Assembly: GCA_040386535.1 (NCBI GenBank)
Contig: JAZKFH010000067.1
Span: forward strand, 48,204 to 112,203
Origin: Myxococcota bacterium
Lineage (GTDB): Bacteria; Myxococcota_A; UBA796; SXON01
DNA: 64,000 nucleotides
Reading direction: 5' to 3'
Shown here: one piece after another, positions 1 through 9,586 of the stretch
Numbering within the stretch: the first letter of the stretch is position 1
How the letters are laid out: each line of letters begins with the position of its first letter
Made by a program: the position numbers and the translations under genes
Notes under the pieces: generated by a model
What the model was told of the DNA's origin: nothing
The model's input: only the letters and a program-made list of their open reading frames with translations
Databases searched by the model: none

Positions 1-1
1 C

Positions 2-376
2 GAGGGCCTCGGCGAGCTCGCCACGCGTGACGCCGAGAGCCTGAACGCGCGGGCCGCGAAGCATGGCGTGGCCGTCGGCGACTACGCGCGGCGTGTCCTC
101 GAAGGGCCGCTCCCCTGGACGCGGGCGCGGCACGTCCACCGGCTGCTCGGGCTGTGTCGGACCCATGGCAACGCGGCCGTGGAGGAGGCGTGCAAGCGCG
201 CGCTGGATCTCGACGTGGTCGATGTCACGCGGGTCCAGCGTCTCCTGGAGCGCTCGATTCCTTCATCGCCGCCGCCTCCGCCGCCGCGGGCCGCCACCGC
301 TCCCACCTCGAGCCGCTTCAGCCGCGACCCGAGCGAATTCCGCCTCACCCCGAGAGACACCCCTGATGCGACCTGA
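2..376 (+). CDS. istA: IS21 transposase IstA, C-terminal part (5' end outside window)
   Basis: Open frame from window start; ...RHVHRLLGLCRTHGNAAVEEACKRAL... plus Pro-rich tail resembles the IstA C-terminus; stop overlaps istB start by 11 bp. Confidence 0.8.
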   Translation, partial: EGLGELATRDAESLNARAAKHGVAVGDYARRVLEGPLPWTRARHVHRLLGLCRTHGNAAVEEACKRALDLDVVDVTRVQRLLERSIPSSPPPPPPRAATAPTSSRFSRDPSEFRLTPRDTPDAT

Positions 377-1124
377 CCTCTCCCCCGAGCTGAAGCGCGC
401 GATGAAGGACCTGCGCCTCGGCCAGCTCCTCCCAACGCTGCCCGAGCGCCTGCGCATCGCGCGCGAGCGGAAGCTCGACCCCGAGGACCTGCTCCTGACC
501 TTGCTCACGGACGAGACCCAGCGCCGCGCGCAGCAGCGTCATCGCGTGCGCGCCAAGGACGGCGGGCTGCAGCCCGACCTCGTGTTCGAGCGTTGGGACC
601 CCGCCGCGAAGATCACGTTCGACCGCCGCGTGATGGACGACCTGCGGCTGCTTCGCTTCGTCGACGAGCACCACCACGCGCTGATCATCGGCCCCGTCGG
701 CGTGGGCAAGACCATGATCGCCCACGCGCTCGGCCACCTCGCGATCGCGCGGGACCTGTCCGTCCACTGCGAGACCGCCGAGAAGCTGCTCCACCGCCTG
801 CGCGCCTGCCGCCTCGACGGCACGCACGAGCGTGAGCTCCGGCGCCTCACGCAGGTCGATGTGCTGATCGTCGACGACCTCGCTCTGAGGCCGATGGACG
901 CGCACGAGACGTCGGACCTCCACGCGATCGTTTGCGGCCGGCACAAGACGGCCTCGATGGTCGTGACCTCGAACCGCGACCCCTCCGAGTGGTTGGCGCT
1001 CCTCGCCGACCCGCTGCAGGCGCAGGCGCTGGTCGACCGTTTCGTGAACAGCGCCTACGACCTCGTGATCGAAGGCGAGTCGTACCGCCGTCGGCAGAAG
1101 CCCAAGGTCGGCGGCGAAGCCTGA
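366..1124 (+). CDS. istB: IS21 helper ATPase IstB
   Basis: Walker A GPVGVGKT, Walker B VLIVDD, VTSNR, ALVDRF, IEGESYR; ATG at 366. Confidence 0.93.
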   Translation: MRPDLSPELKRAMKDLRLGQLLPTLPERLRIARERKLDPEDLLLTLLTDETQRRAQQRHRVRAKDGGLQPDLVFERWDPAAKITFDRRVMDDLRLLRFVDEHHHALIIGPVGVGKTMIAHALGHLAIARDLSVHCETAEKLLHRLRACRLDGTHERELRRLTQVDVLIVDDLALRPMDAHETSDLHAIVCGRHKTASMVVTSNRDPSEWLALLADPLQAQALVDRFVNSAYDLVIEGESYRRRQKPKVGGEA

Positions 1125-1198
1125 GCTAAGCCAAGAGATCGGCGGATCCGAGAGAGGTTCGTTGCATCCGGTCTGCTTCCCTGCGGTCGCGGCCCTGG

Positions 1199-1316
1199 GG
1201 CGGTCCCTAGTTCATGGCCGGGTGGTCCCTGGTTCATGGCGCGCGGCCACCTTGGGGGAAGGAGGTGGTCCCTAGTTCGTGGCCTGAGGGTGGTCCCTTG
1301 GGAGTGGCCCTTGACA
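1199..1316 (+). repeat. IS21 right-end subterminal direct repeats (consensus GGTGGTCCCTAGTTCATGGC)
   Basis: Copies at 1199-1218, 1221-1240, 1264-1283 and 1289-1308, followed by CCTTGACA. Confidence 0.85.
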
Positions 1317-2345
1317 GACGGCCCTGTATGCGAACGCGGAAGGGGGGCCTTCGTCCCAACATTGACGCTCCCGGGCGTGACCGGCCTGTCCCGGTCGCCC
1401 GGCTGCGGGGAGACCGTCGCCTGGACGGCGGACGGACGAGGGTTCGTATGGTCAGACCCGAGCTTCGCTCGGACAAAGCGCGCCACCGAGCTCCAACGCC
1501 TCCCACCCGACGTGCGGCAGCTCACCTTCACCGCGGACGGCAGCCACCTCGTCGCGCAGGGAGGGGGCGGGGTCTGGCTCCTCGACCCCGCGCCGGACCT
1601 CTCCGAGTGGCGCCTCACGGGAAACCCGAACGTCGCCGCCAGCGCCGACGGGGCTCGGCGACTGTGGACGAACGACGAGGGCGAGCTTTGGTGGCAGGCC
1701 GACCTCGATTCGGCACACCGGGTCGAGGTCGCAGGGAGCTGGGACGGCGTCGACGTCTCCGCGGATGGCACGCGGGGGTTGGCGTTGGAGATGGGAGGGC
1801 GGGCGCTCCTGCTCCGATGGGAGGGCGAGGAGGGCCCGGTCGTCACGGAGGTCGACGCGGAGCCGCTCGGCAGCTGGTCCTCGTCAGGCCGAACTGCCGA
1901 CATTGAGTTCGGTGACCACGGATGGGGCCCGCCGCTCCTCCGCCATCGGCAGCGCAGCGGCGAGGCCCCGTTCACCCTCGGACCCGGCGATACGGAGTTC
2001 CTACCGACCCTCGACGCGTGGCCCGAGATCGGCGCCGAGGCGGCGCGGACCGAGGTGCGCGCCCGTGTGGACCTCTCCGAGGAAGGAGCGCTCGTGGTGG
2101 CCAAACACACCGGCGACGTCCTCTTCCGGGTCCCGGTCGGGTTGCGCGTCTCGAGCCCCGTCCGACTCTCCGGCAAGAAGATGCTGGTCCGCTTCGGAGA
2201 CGACGAGGTGCGCGTCTACCCCACCGATGTGTCCCCGTACCTCACGCGTGCGTGCGCGATGCTAATCGATCTCGAGTCGCCCGTCGTGCCAGAGGCATGC
2301 ACGGCTAGGGCCGATGCCAGCGCCACGGCTGGCCCCGGAAGGTAG
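1317..2345 (+). pseudogene. C-terminal fragment of a WD40/beta-propeller protein interrupted by the IS21
   Basis: Repeats such as VAWTADGRG, LTFTADGSHLV, AASADGARR, VSADGTRG; ends ...LTRACAML; the frame runs into the IS end with no native start. Confidence 0.65.
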
Positions 2346-2655
2346 TTGCGCCCTGGTGAGCGGGTAGGACGTAAGGCGTGAGCAAGCCCGACGTGGCAGA
2401 AGCCCCTTCCCCGGCTGAGGTTCTATCGCGCGACGGTGACGGAACAGGCGGAGACGCGATTGCCGACCCGGCCAAAGCGACTCCGGCCCTCGAAGGGCAC
2501 GGAGGCCCCGACTGGGACCGTCTTGGTGGTCAGCGCTACGGTCGAGCTCGACCAGGATGCGGTCCTGCGCCGACTCCTGTGGCCTGGGAAACGTTCACAA
2601 TCCACCTCGGCTCGGAGCCTGCGGTGTTGGCAGCGTGACCTCGCCTCCCCGAACC

Positions 2656-3354
2656 TCATAAGGACCCCGGTAGTCCCGCCTCTCGCCGCTTCCGCAGCCT
2701 CCCCTCCGCCTCCTCCACCACCCCCCACCCCCGCACGGCCGTCTTCCGATACCGCTCGATCATCCGTTCCTGCTCCTCGACCGGCTGCCCGTCGAACAGC
2801 CCCCAGATCACGGACTCCTCCTCGAGCGGAAAGGTCCACCCGAGCTCCTGCGCATAGCGATGCGCACGCGCAAGCGTGCCCAACGCGTGCTTCCCGTTGA
2901 CCAGAGGCTGGAGAAGCAGCACCTCGCGTCGGTCCACGGACGTGCAGGCCAGCGGATGGACGACCGCGCGCAGCCGCCCTCCTTCAAGCTCGACCCCGAC
3001 GGCCGAGAGCGCCAGGTCGAAGCGCCCGAGGCGCCCCTCCAGCGTCGGGGGCTCGGCGTGGTCCGGCACCTCGATCTCCCGCCCGGCGAGGAAGAAGACG
3101 TCGGCGTAGGCATGCCGATTGCCCCGCAGGGCGCCCCGGTCGAGCAGGCGCTGCACGAGCGCGGTCCGGTCGTCCGGCGTGGGTGACCAGAGGTCGAGAT
3201 CCCGCGGCGGCCGGCCGTGGAGGAGCGTCTTGAACACTCCGCCCGCCAGGAACACCCGCCCGGGTAGATCCAGCCCGATGGTGGCCGTCAGCTCGGCTTC
3301 GGCAAAGGCCAGCACACGTGGCTCGGCCAGGGGGTGTGGGTCGGTCAAGGCCAT
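2656..3354 (-). CDS. Nucleotidyltransferase, pol-beta superfamily (CCA/poly(A) polymerase head-like)
   Basis: VFLAGGVFK...RDLDLW (GG + DxD) and RFDLALSA resembling the RRDF motif; last gene of the coupled operon. Confidence 0.7.
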   Translation of the reverse strand: MALTDPHPLAEPRVLAFAEAELTATIGLDLPGRVFLAGGVFKTLLHGRPPRDLDLWSPTPDDRTALVQRLLDRGALRGNRHAYADVFFLAGREIEVPDHAEPPTLEGRLGRFDLALSAVGVELEGGRLRAVVHPLACTSVDRREVLLLQPLVNGKHALGTLARAHRYAQELGWTFPLEEESVIWGLFDGQPVEEQERMIERYRKTAVRGWGVVEEAEGRLRKRREAGLPGSL

Positions 3355-3989
3355 GGCATCACCCGGGTGTGGCCCCGCCACGTGAACGCGAGCGTGCCGT
3401 CGGCGGGGACCACGGCGAGCGCTTCAAGGAACGTCGGCCATGCCGACGGGGGGAAGAGGCCGCCGATCGTGTGCGCGAGGGTGGCGGTCAGGAGCGAGTC
3501 GTGGGTCACGAACACGTGCGCGCCGGGGCGATCCGCCGCGACGGTGACCATGTGGGTGACGAGGGCATGCGCGGCCTCGTGAGGGACGGCGAACCCGGGC
3601 AGCCGCTCGCCCGCGACGAGCGCAGCCATCACGCCCTCGTGGCCGAGACGGATCCAACTCTCCCAGGCGACGGGCGGGTCGAGCACGAAGGCGCCCGGGG
3701 CGCCGAGGCGGGGGTCCATCGTGACCTCCCGCACGTACGCAGCCCGGTCGGCGAGCGCTTCGGCGGTCTGGATGCAGCGCGGGACGGGGCTGCTCCGCAG
3801 GGTGACGACCCGCCCGCGCAGGCACTCCCCGAGCGCACGAGCGGACGCGACGCCCTCCGGCAGCAGCGGAACACCGTCGCCGGTCGTGTTCGCCAGGATC
3901 GGGCCGCGGGCGGCGTGCCGCAGCAGGAGGAGCAAGGGCCGCTCCGGGTCCATACGCTCCAGGAGCGCCCGCGTGGAGGCGGGCGGCAC
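3345..3989 (-). CDS. Histidine phosphatase family protein
   Basis: LLLRHA, SSPVPRCIQTAEAL and VFVTHD motifs. Confidence 0.88.
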   Translation of the reverse strand: MPPASTRALLERMDPERPLLLLLRHAARGPILANTTGDGVPLLPEGVASARALGECLRGRVVTLRSSPVPRCIQTAEALADRAAYVREVTMDPRLGAPGAFVLDPPVAWESWIRLGHEGVMAALVAGERLPGFAVPHEAAHALVTHMVTVAADRPGAHVFVTHDSLLTATLAHTIGGLFPPSAWPTFLEALAVVPADGTLAFTWRGHTRVMPWP

Positions 3990-6577
3990 TACACCCCCTC
4001 CGCGACGAGCACGCTGCTGACCGAGGGGAGCGGACGCACCTCCCGGAGCGCGAACCCCGTGCGCGCCAGGAGCGCGCGGAACATCGCCTCCGTGCGCTCA
4101 CTGCCGCCGGTCGCGAGCAACATGTGCAGGTCCAGCAGCGCACCGTCGAACCCCTCGGCAGGGCGCACCATCTCAACGATGTAGAGGCGGCCGCCGGGCA
4201 GGAGCGCGGCGCGGGCCCGACGAAGGATCGCGGCGGCGGCGGCGTCGTTCCAGTCGTGGAGCACGCGGGCGAGCACGAGGGCGTCCGCCCGGAGCTCCCA
4301 CGGTTCGAACAGGTCTCCGGCGACGAACGTGAGCCGCCCTTCCAGGTCCGCGGGGGGCGCCGCCGCCGAGGCGACGACCTCGGGTCGATCGAGCACGAAC
4401 GCCCTGAGCGCGGGGGCGGCCCGCAGGACGGCCAGGGCGAGCGCGCCGTGCCCCCCGCCGGCGTCGACGAGGACGTGGTGTCCGGGGTCGAGCACGGCGG
4501 GCAGCCCGGCGTAGTCGTGCCGGGCGTAGGGGGCCATCGCGGCGTGGTAGGCGCGCACGCGGTCGGCGTCGGCTGCCTGGGCGGCGAAGGGGTCCGCGGG
4601 TCGCCACGCGGGGTCGGCGAGCGCCTGGGGCAGCGCGGCCCATGCGGCGCGCCCATCCTGCGCCCAGTACCGCGCCGCGGCGCCCAGGGAGAGCGGGTGA
4701 TCCGCCCGCATGAGGGCCCCCCGCTCCGTGGCGATCCAGGCGCCGTCGCGTCGTGCCACGAATCCCATCTCTCCAAGCGCCGCGAGGAGACGCCGACGGG
4801 GTTCACCCCCCACCTCGGCGTCCGTCAGGGGGAGCGCGTCGAAGAGGCCGAGCCCGACGGCGGCGGAGAGGGTGTCGGCGCGCCAAGTCACGAGGTCCGC
4901 GGAGACGGCGGAGAACGCGGCGGGGGCCGCCACCCCCTCGGCCACCGCCTCCACCCCACCTCCGTGCCACAGCCGATCCACGCCCATGGCCGCCGCGGCC
5001 TCCCGCGCCTGCGCGAGGGTCTGCACGAGCGGCTCGCCGCGCCGGTTGAACGAGGTGTTCACGAGACACGGGATGTGGTGGCGCGCCCAGAGCGCTTCGA
5101 GGAGCCGACGGATCGGCGCCAGCGCGGGCCCGTGTCCGACGACCTGGACCCGCGCGGTGCCATCCACGTGGACGACCCCGGGCGCCTCCGCGAGGGCCTC
5201 GGGACGCGCCCGAAACCGACCCAACATCCACGGGGCCAGCTGGCTCCGTGACGGGGAGCCCTCGAAGAGCGCATCCGCGCGCTCGGCGAGGACGATCGGC
5301 GCGACGGGCCGCCAGGGCTCGCGGCCCTTCCGCTCGACGCTCACCCGACGCGCGTCCTCCACGGTCGGCCGGGCCAGCAGGGAGCGCCGTCCGAGCGCCC
5401 TCGGCCCGACCTCCGCCGCGCCGAGGCAGGTGCCGACGATCTCCCCTCTGGCGAGGGCGTCGGCGAGCGCGGCGATCTCGGCGTCGGAGGCGTGGCCGAG
5501 CGCGGGGGCGTCGAGGTCGTCGAGGAACGGGGCGTGCCGATTAAGAGCGTCGCCACGCAGGAACGCGACGAGCGCCGCAGCGCCGAGCGCGAGGCCGTCA
5601 TCTCCCGCGCACGGAGGGACGAGAACGTCGTCGAACCACCCCGCGTCCACGATGCGCTGGTTGGTCGGGAGGTTGAGGGCGCCCCCGCCCGACAGTACGA
5701 GGTGACGCGCCCCCGTCGCCACCGCAAAGCGCTCGACATAGGCGAGCACTTCCTCCTCGAAGCGCGCCTGGAAACATGCCGCCACCGTGTGGAGGAGCGG
5801 ATCCATCGGATCGAGCCGACCCGTCCACCCGCGCTCGCGGCGGGCGGCGTCCTCGAACGCAGCGGGGCCCAGGCGCATCCGCGCGAACCATCCGTGAGTG
5901 TCGAGCCACGAGCGGACCTCGGGATCCGGCGTACCCCACGCCGCCAGCCCCATGAGCTTTCCGGGTACGTCGAGGAACTCCCGCCACGTGTGACCGACCA
6001 TCGCCTGGGCGAGGTTGTTTGTCGCGTAGCCCGCGACCGCGTCGGCGAGGTCCCAGCCGTGGTGCAGGGGGACGAGCCTCCCGTCGATCCAGCGCCACGC
6101 GGAGCAGCACGAGCGGCTCGCGGCCCCGTCGACGTGGATCAGCAACGTCCCGTCCTCCCACCCGCCCGAAAAAGGCAGGGAGGCGCCGAGGTGGGCCAGC
6201 TCGTGCGGGACGATCCACGCTTCCATCTCGCGGCCATCGACGTGAGAACGCGCGCGCACGGGCCCGGTCGCAAGATCGGTGGCCGGGGCCGCCTCGACGC
6301 GCCAGCGGCCGCCTGAGGAGACGAACGCCCGGCCGACGAAGCTGTCCGCGCAGGCCAGGACGGCCTCCTCGCCGCGGGAGAGGAAGCCTCGGGGCGCCAG
6401 CGCCTCGATGTGCACGTGCAGGCGGTTGTCGTGCCGGCGGCGCGTGTACCGTTCGAGCGCGAGGTGATGGACGACGCGCCCCCCTTCGAGGCGGCAGATC
6501 GCGTGGTCGTGGGTTTCGAGCGGCGAGGGACCGTCCTGCCGTTCCTGGATGCCGTAGAGGCCGACGATGGGGGTCAC
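3989..6577 (-). CDS. Carbamoyltransferase (NodU/CmcH/TobZ family) fused to a class I O-methyltransferase
   Basis: HDHA, LERYTRRRHD, HELAH, GKLMGLAAWG, SGGGALN, GPRALGRRS, REPWRP, HVDGTARVQ, NTSFN; then VDAGGGHG, GDLF, ARVLHDWND; GTG start overlaps the upstream stop (GTGA). Confidence 0.88.
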   Translation of the reverse strand: MTPIVGLYGIQERQDGPSPLETHDHAICRLEGGRVVHHLALERYTRRRHDNRLHVHIEALAPRGFLSRGEEAVLACADSFVGRAFVSSGGRWRVEAAPATDLATGPVRARSHVDGREMEAWIVPHELAHLGASLPFSGGWEDGTLLIHVDGAASRSCCSAWRWIDGRLVPLHHGWDLADAVAGYATNNLAQAMVGHTWREFLDVPGKLMGLAAWGTPDPEVRSWLDTHGWFARMRLGPAAFEDAARRERGWTGRLDPMDPLLHTVAACFQARFEEEVLAYVERFAVATGARHLVLSGGGALNLPTNQRIVDAGWFDDVLVPPCAGDDGLALGAAALVAFLRGDALNRHAPFLDDLDAPALGHASDAEIAALADALARGEIVGTCLGAAEVGPRALGRRSLLARPTVEDARRVSVERKGREPWRPVAPIVLAERADALFEGSPSRSQLAPWMLGRFRARPEALAEAPGVVHVDGTARVQVVGHGPALAPIRRLLEALWARHHIPCLVNTSFNRRGEPLVQTLAQAREAAAAMGVDRLWHGGGVEAVAEGVAAPAAFSAVSADLVTWRADTLSAAVGLGLFDALPLTDAEVGGEPRRRLLAALGEMGFVARRDGAWIATERGALMRADHPLSLGAAARYWAQDGRAAWAALPQALADPAWRPADPFAAQAADADRVRAYHAAMAPYARHDYAGLPAVLDPGHHVLVDAGGGHGALALAVLRAAPALRAFVLDRPEVVASAAAPPADLEGRLTFVAGDLFEPWELRADALVLARVLHDWNDAAAAAILRRARAALLPGGRLYIVEMVRPAEGFDGALLDLHMLLATGGSERTEAMFRALLARTGFALREVRPLPSVSSVLVAEGV

Positions 6578-7557
6578 GTCGCCCTCCGCCACGCCGCGCG
6601 CCAGGTGCTCGTGCGCCACGCCGGCGCCTCCAGCAGGTACGGGCGTCTCCAGCCGCCCCACGGCGCGCGCTCGCGTGGCGGCGCCACTCCGGCGATCCGT
6701 CCGATCCATCGCCGCGCCTCGGCCCGCTCCCCACGCACGAGGTGCAGCCGCACGAGGTCCGCGCCCGCCTCGGCGCGCATGCCGTCGCCGAGCGTCCCCT
6801 CCACCAGGTGGCGGATCGCCTCGGCCGTCTCCCCCGTCGCCGCGAGCGCGAGCCCGAGCAGACGATGGGACTCGCCCCGGTGGAAGCGGTAGTCGGTCGG
6901 GCCGGCGAGGTACGCACGCAACGCGGGGAGGCTCTCCCCGACGCGGCCCTCCTCCCACGCGCTCCGGGCCCGGTAGTACAGGAGGTGCGGATCGCCCGGC
7001 GTGCGCGCGAGGTGGCGGGCCGCAAGGTCCGCGTAGCCCCGGGCCCGCTCGGCCGGACGGTGCAGGAACACCGCCCCGCTCGCTGCGATCGCGCGCCGAC
7101 GCTCTCCCACCGGCACGAGCCGCTCGTGGAGCGGGCTCACCCAACGGAAACGGTCGGCGCGGAAGAGGCGCGGGAACCAATGTTGGTTCGTCGGGCTGTA
7201 ACGACGTCGGACGTAAACGATGTCGGCCTCTTCGCGCTCTGCCCGCTGGATGGTCCACGCGAGCCACTCCTGCGGACGGCCGCGGGCCACATGCAGCCGC
7301 TCGTCGGCGTCGAGGCGCAGAATCCAATCATACCGGGCGTGCCGTTGCGCCACGGAGCGGGCGACGGCGAAGTCTCCGACCCACGGCACCTCGAACACGC
7401 GCGCGCCCACCGCGGCGGCGAGGTCGAGGGTGCCATCTCCGGAGCCCGTGTCACACACCACCAGGTCGGACATGGCGCCGAGGCTGGCGAGCGCGCCGGG
7501 GAGCCGGCACGCTTCGTCACGGACGATCATCACGACACTGAGCGGGAGCTTCAGCAC
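6574..7557 (-). CDS. Glycosyltransferase family 2 with TPR-like C-terminus
   Basis: LSVVMIVRDE, DTGSGDGT, DFAVAR, LDADE, PRLFR, LHE, then helical TPR-like repeats. Confidence 0.88.
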   Translation of the reverse strand: MLKLPLSVVMIVRDEACRLPGALASLGAMSDLVVCDTGSGDGTLDLAAAVGARVFEVPWVGDFAVARSVAQRHARYDWILRLDADERLHVARGRPQEWLAWTIQRAEREEADIVYVRRRYSPTNQHWFPRLFRADRFRWVSPLHERLVPVGERRRAIAASGAVFLHRPAERARGYADLAARHLARTPGDPHLLYYRARSAWEEGRVGESLPALRAYLAGPTDYRFHRGESHRLLGLALAATGETAEAIRHLVEGTLGDGMRAEAGADLVRLHLVRGERAEARRWIGRIAGVAPPRERAPWGGWRRPYLLEAPAWRTSTWRAAWRRAT

Positions 7558-8366
7558 GGCACGCCCCGGATCCGCACCCAGAGCGGCACCTCCATCGTCT
7601 TCTCGTGCCACACCCCGTGCTCCCAGAGGCCGTCCTCCCCCCAGCAGTCGCCGTGGTCGGCACACGCCAGGATCGTCGCCCCGCCGAAGGCGGCCAGCAG
7701 GGAGCCCAGTGCCGCGTCGGACCACGCAAGGCAGGCGGACTGGCGCGTGCGGCAGGTCGCCGCGTCGTTCCGCTCCCCAAACGGCACACAGGGGTTGTCC
7801 CGGGGGCTCCACGTCGCGCCGGGATGCCAATAGGGCACGTGGGTCTCCCCGACGTTCACGAACACGAACGCAGGCCGGTCCTCGACCGCGTCGAGCTGCG
7901 CCTCCAACCACGCGAGCTGCGCCGGCAGCGCCCCGGGCCCGCGCACGTGGTGGAAGATGTCGAAGTCCGCCACGAGCCCGCGGCCGGGCTCGGTGTCCGT
8001 GTCGAACCAGGCCACGGATCCCGTGCCGATCACCGCGTGGCCGCGGCGCCGGAAGCCCTCCAGGATCGTGCGGCCTTCCAACACGAACACGTCGCCCGGC
8101 TGCGCGGGCGCCCTGGCGTTGGCGAGGCGGAACAGCCGCCCCGCCTTGGGGTTGAGCACCGGCTGCGTCGTCTCGGCGATGCCGGGCGTGGTCCCGACCC
8201 ACATCGAGGCGTGCGACGCGAAGGTGAAGTGCCCGGGCGCCATGGCCCGCCGCAGCGGCCCGATCGCGGCGAGGTGTGGCGTGGGCGTCGCCGCCGCCGT
8301 GTCGTACCGGCAGGAGTCGAGCGTGAGGAGCAGAACCGACTCGGGGTGCGCAGGCCGGAACGTCAT
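7551..8366 (-). CDS. Alkaline-phosphatase/sulfatase-superfamily metallohydrolase (STM4013-like)
   Basis: LLTLDSCRYD, FTFASH, NVGETHVPY, ADHGDCWGEDGLWEHG, VPL. Confidence 0.8.
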   Translation of the reverse strand: MTFRPAHPESVLLLTLDSCRYDTAAATPTPHLAAIGPLRRAMAPGHFTFASHASMWVGTTPGIAETTQPVLNPKAGRLFRLANARAPAQPGDVFVLEGRTILEGFRRRGHAVIGTGSVAWFDTDTEPGRGLVADFDIFHHVRGPGALPAQLAWLEAQLDAVEDRPAFVFVNVGETHVPYWHPGATWSPRDNPCVPFGERNDAATCRTRQSACLAWSDAALGSLLAAFGGATILACADHGDCWGEDGLWEHGVWHEKTMEVPLWVRIRGVPC

Positions 8367-9586
8367 GGGAGGAGCCGGGCGCGGGCGCGCGTGAGGGTGG
8401 TCTCGGGGAGGGCGGTGTCCGCAACCAAGCGTGCCAGGCCGTAGGTCTCGGCCGCGGCGAGCGCGCCGGCGAGGCGCCGGACGTCGACCAACTGGCCGGA
8501 GGCGAGGTAGTCGGCCTCGATGCGGGCGCGCGGCACGCCGAGCCAGGTGCCGAGCAACGCCACGAGGACGCCGGTGCGATCCACCCCCGCGTGGCAATGG
8601 ATCAGCACGGGGCCTTCGTCCGCGGCGATGGCTTCCAGGAGCGCGCCGAGCGCGGGTGCGCTTCGCGACACGATGTGGACGTAGGCCGCGTCGAGCCCTC
8701 CGGACTCCGCCACGCCCTGGGGGTTGGCGAGGTCGAGCGGGCAGGCGGCGCAGCCGGCCACGTCGTCGGGGTAGGGCACCGCGGCGCGCTCGGTTGGCCC
8801 TCGCAGGTCGACGAAGCGGCTCAGGGCGTTCGTCTCCGCCCATCCCCAGAAGCCTTCGTCCGAATACGCCATCGGCGAGCGCCCGCGCAACAGCACGCCC
8901 GGGCGCACGTGGGGTGCCCACCACGTGGCGACGTCCCGGAGATTCCAGAAGCGGTCGGCCTCGAGCGCAGGGGCCAGCCGCTCGATCTCCACCGAGAGGG
9001 CGGTCGCCGCCGGCGTTCCCAACCAATCGGCGGCCTCCCGCGCGAACACAAGGAGCCGCCGCAGGTCGCCGAGGCTGTCACGCAAGTTCAGGCCCGCGCG
9101 GAGGCCGGCGAGCGTTTCCCGGAGCGGGCGGGGCAGGCGAGCGCGGATCGGGGGGAACGTCTCTCCGGGCATCGGCGCTCCACCCGTAGCGGCCCAGAGG
9201 TACCGCATCAGCGCAGCGATCGCGTCGTTCGTCCCCTGCCAACACGCGATCGAGTGGCCTGCCCGCCGGGCGTGTACCGCGCGATCGAAAGCTTCGGCGA
9301 ACGCCGCGACGAACGCGGTGGGGCCGTCGTTACCGTCGATGCCGGGAACCTCGATCTCGATCCGCTCTCCCGCGTGCGTACGGACGAGGAGGAAGCCGGG
9401 GTGCACGGTGCACCGACACCCCGCCTCCGTGAGGCGGGCGCTGATGTCGAGAGCGTCCCCCGTCGCCCGGATCCGCGCCCAACCCAGCGGCTTCCCGTGC
9501 AACCCTTCGTCGCGAAGAGGGAGCCGCTCGTGTGGCCCCACGCGATCGCCGATCAACATATCCAATCCATGTGGAAGCAGGGTCAT
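8363..9586 (-). CDS. Cys-dependent tyrosine-phosphatase-like protein (Y_phosphatase3 type) with an unknown N-terminal domain
   Basis: NLRDV, VDLRGPTE, LIHCHAGVDRTG (CX5R), IEADYLAS. Confidence 0.85.
   Translation of the reverse strand: MTLLPHGLDMLIGDRVGPHERLPLRDEGLHGKPLGWARIRATGDALDISARLTEAGCRCTVHPGFLLVRTHAGERIEIEVPGIDGNDGPTAFVAAFAEAFDRAVHARRAGHSIACWQGTNDAIAALMRYLWAATGGAPMPGETFPPIRARLPRPLRETLAGLRAGLNLRDSLGDLRRLLVFAREAADWLGTPAATALSVEIERLAPALEADRFWNLRDVATWWAPHVRPGVLLRGRSPMAYSDEGFWGWAETNALSRFVDLRGPTERAAVPYPDDVAGCAACPLDLANPQGVAESGGLDAAYVHIVSRSAPALGALLEAIAADEGPVLIHCHAGVDRTGVLVALLGTWLGVPRARIEADYLASGQLVDVRRLAGALAAAETYGLARLVADTALPETTLTRARARLLP

Larger units (their letters stand above)
1..1316 (+). 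mobile_element. IS21-family insertion sequence (right part; left end outside window)
   Basis: istA 3' end overlapping istB, then four ~20-bp subterminal repeats and a terminal ...TTGACA (CA end at 1316), the typical IS21 architecture. Confidence 0.9.

Noticed and set aside
1199..1316. Four ~20-bp repeats resembling a mini CRISPR array
   Set aside because: Spacers are only 2-23 bp, no cas genes are present, and position after istB ending in CA identifies IS21 subterminal repeats
1311..1340. Perfect TTGACA at the IS end as a hybrid outward promoter
   Set aside because: No plausible -10 hexamer 16-18 bp downstream
2378..2900. Short plus-strand ORFs (2378-2638, 2436-2900)
   Set aside because: No recognisable motifs, and the longer one overlaps the nucleotidyltransferase antisense; at best a gene fragment
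3989..7327. 1112-aa ORF as listed in the ORF track
   Set aside because: The first ~250 aa overlap the GT2 gene in another frame; the real start is GTG 6577
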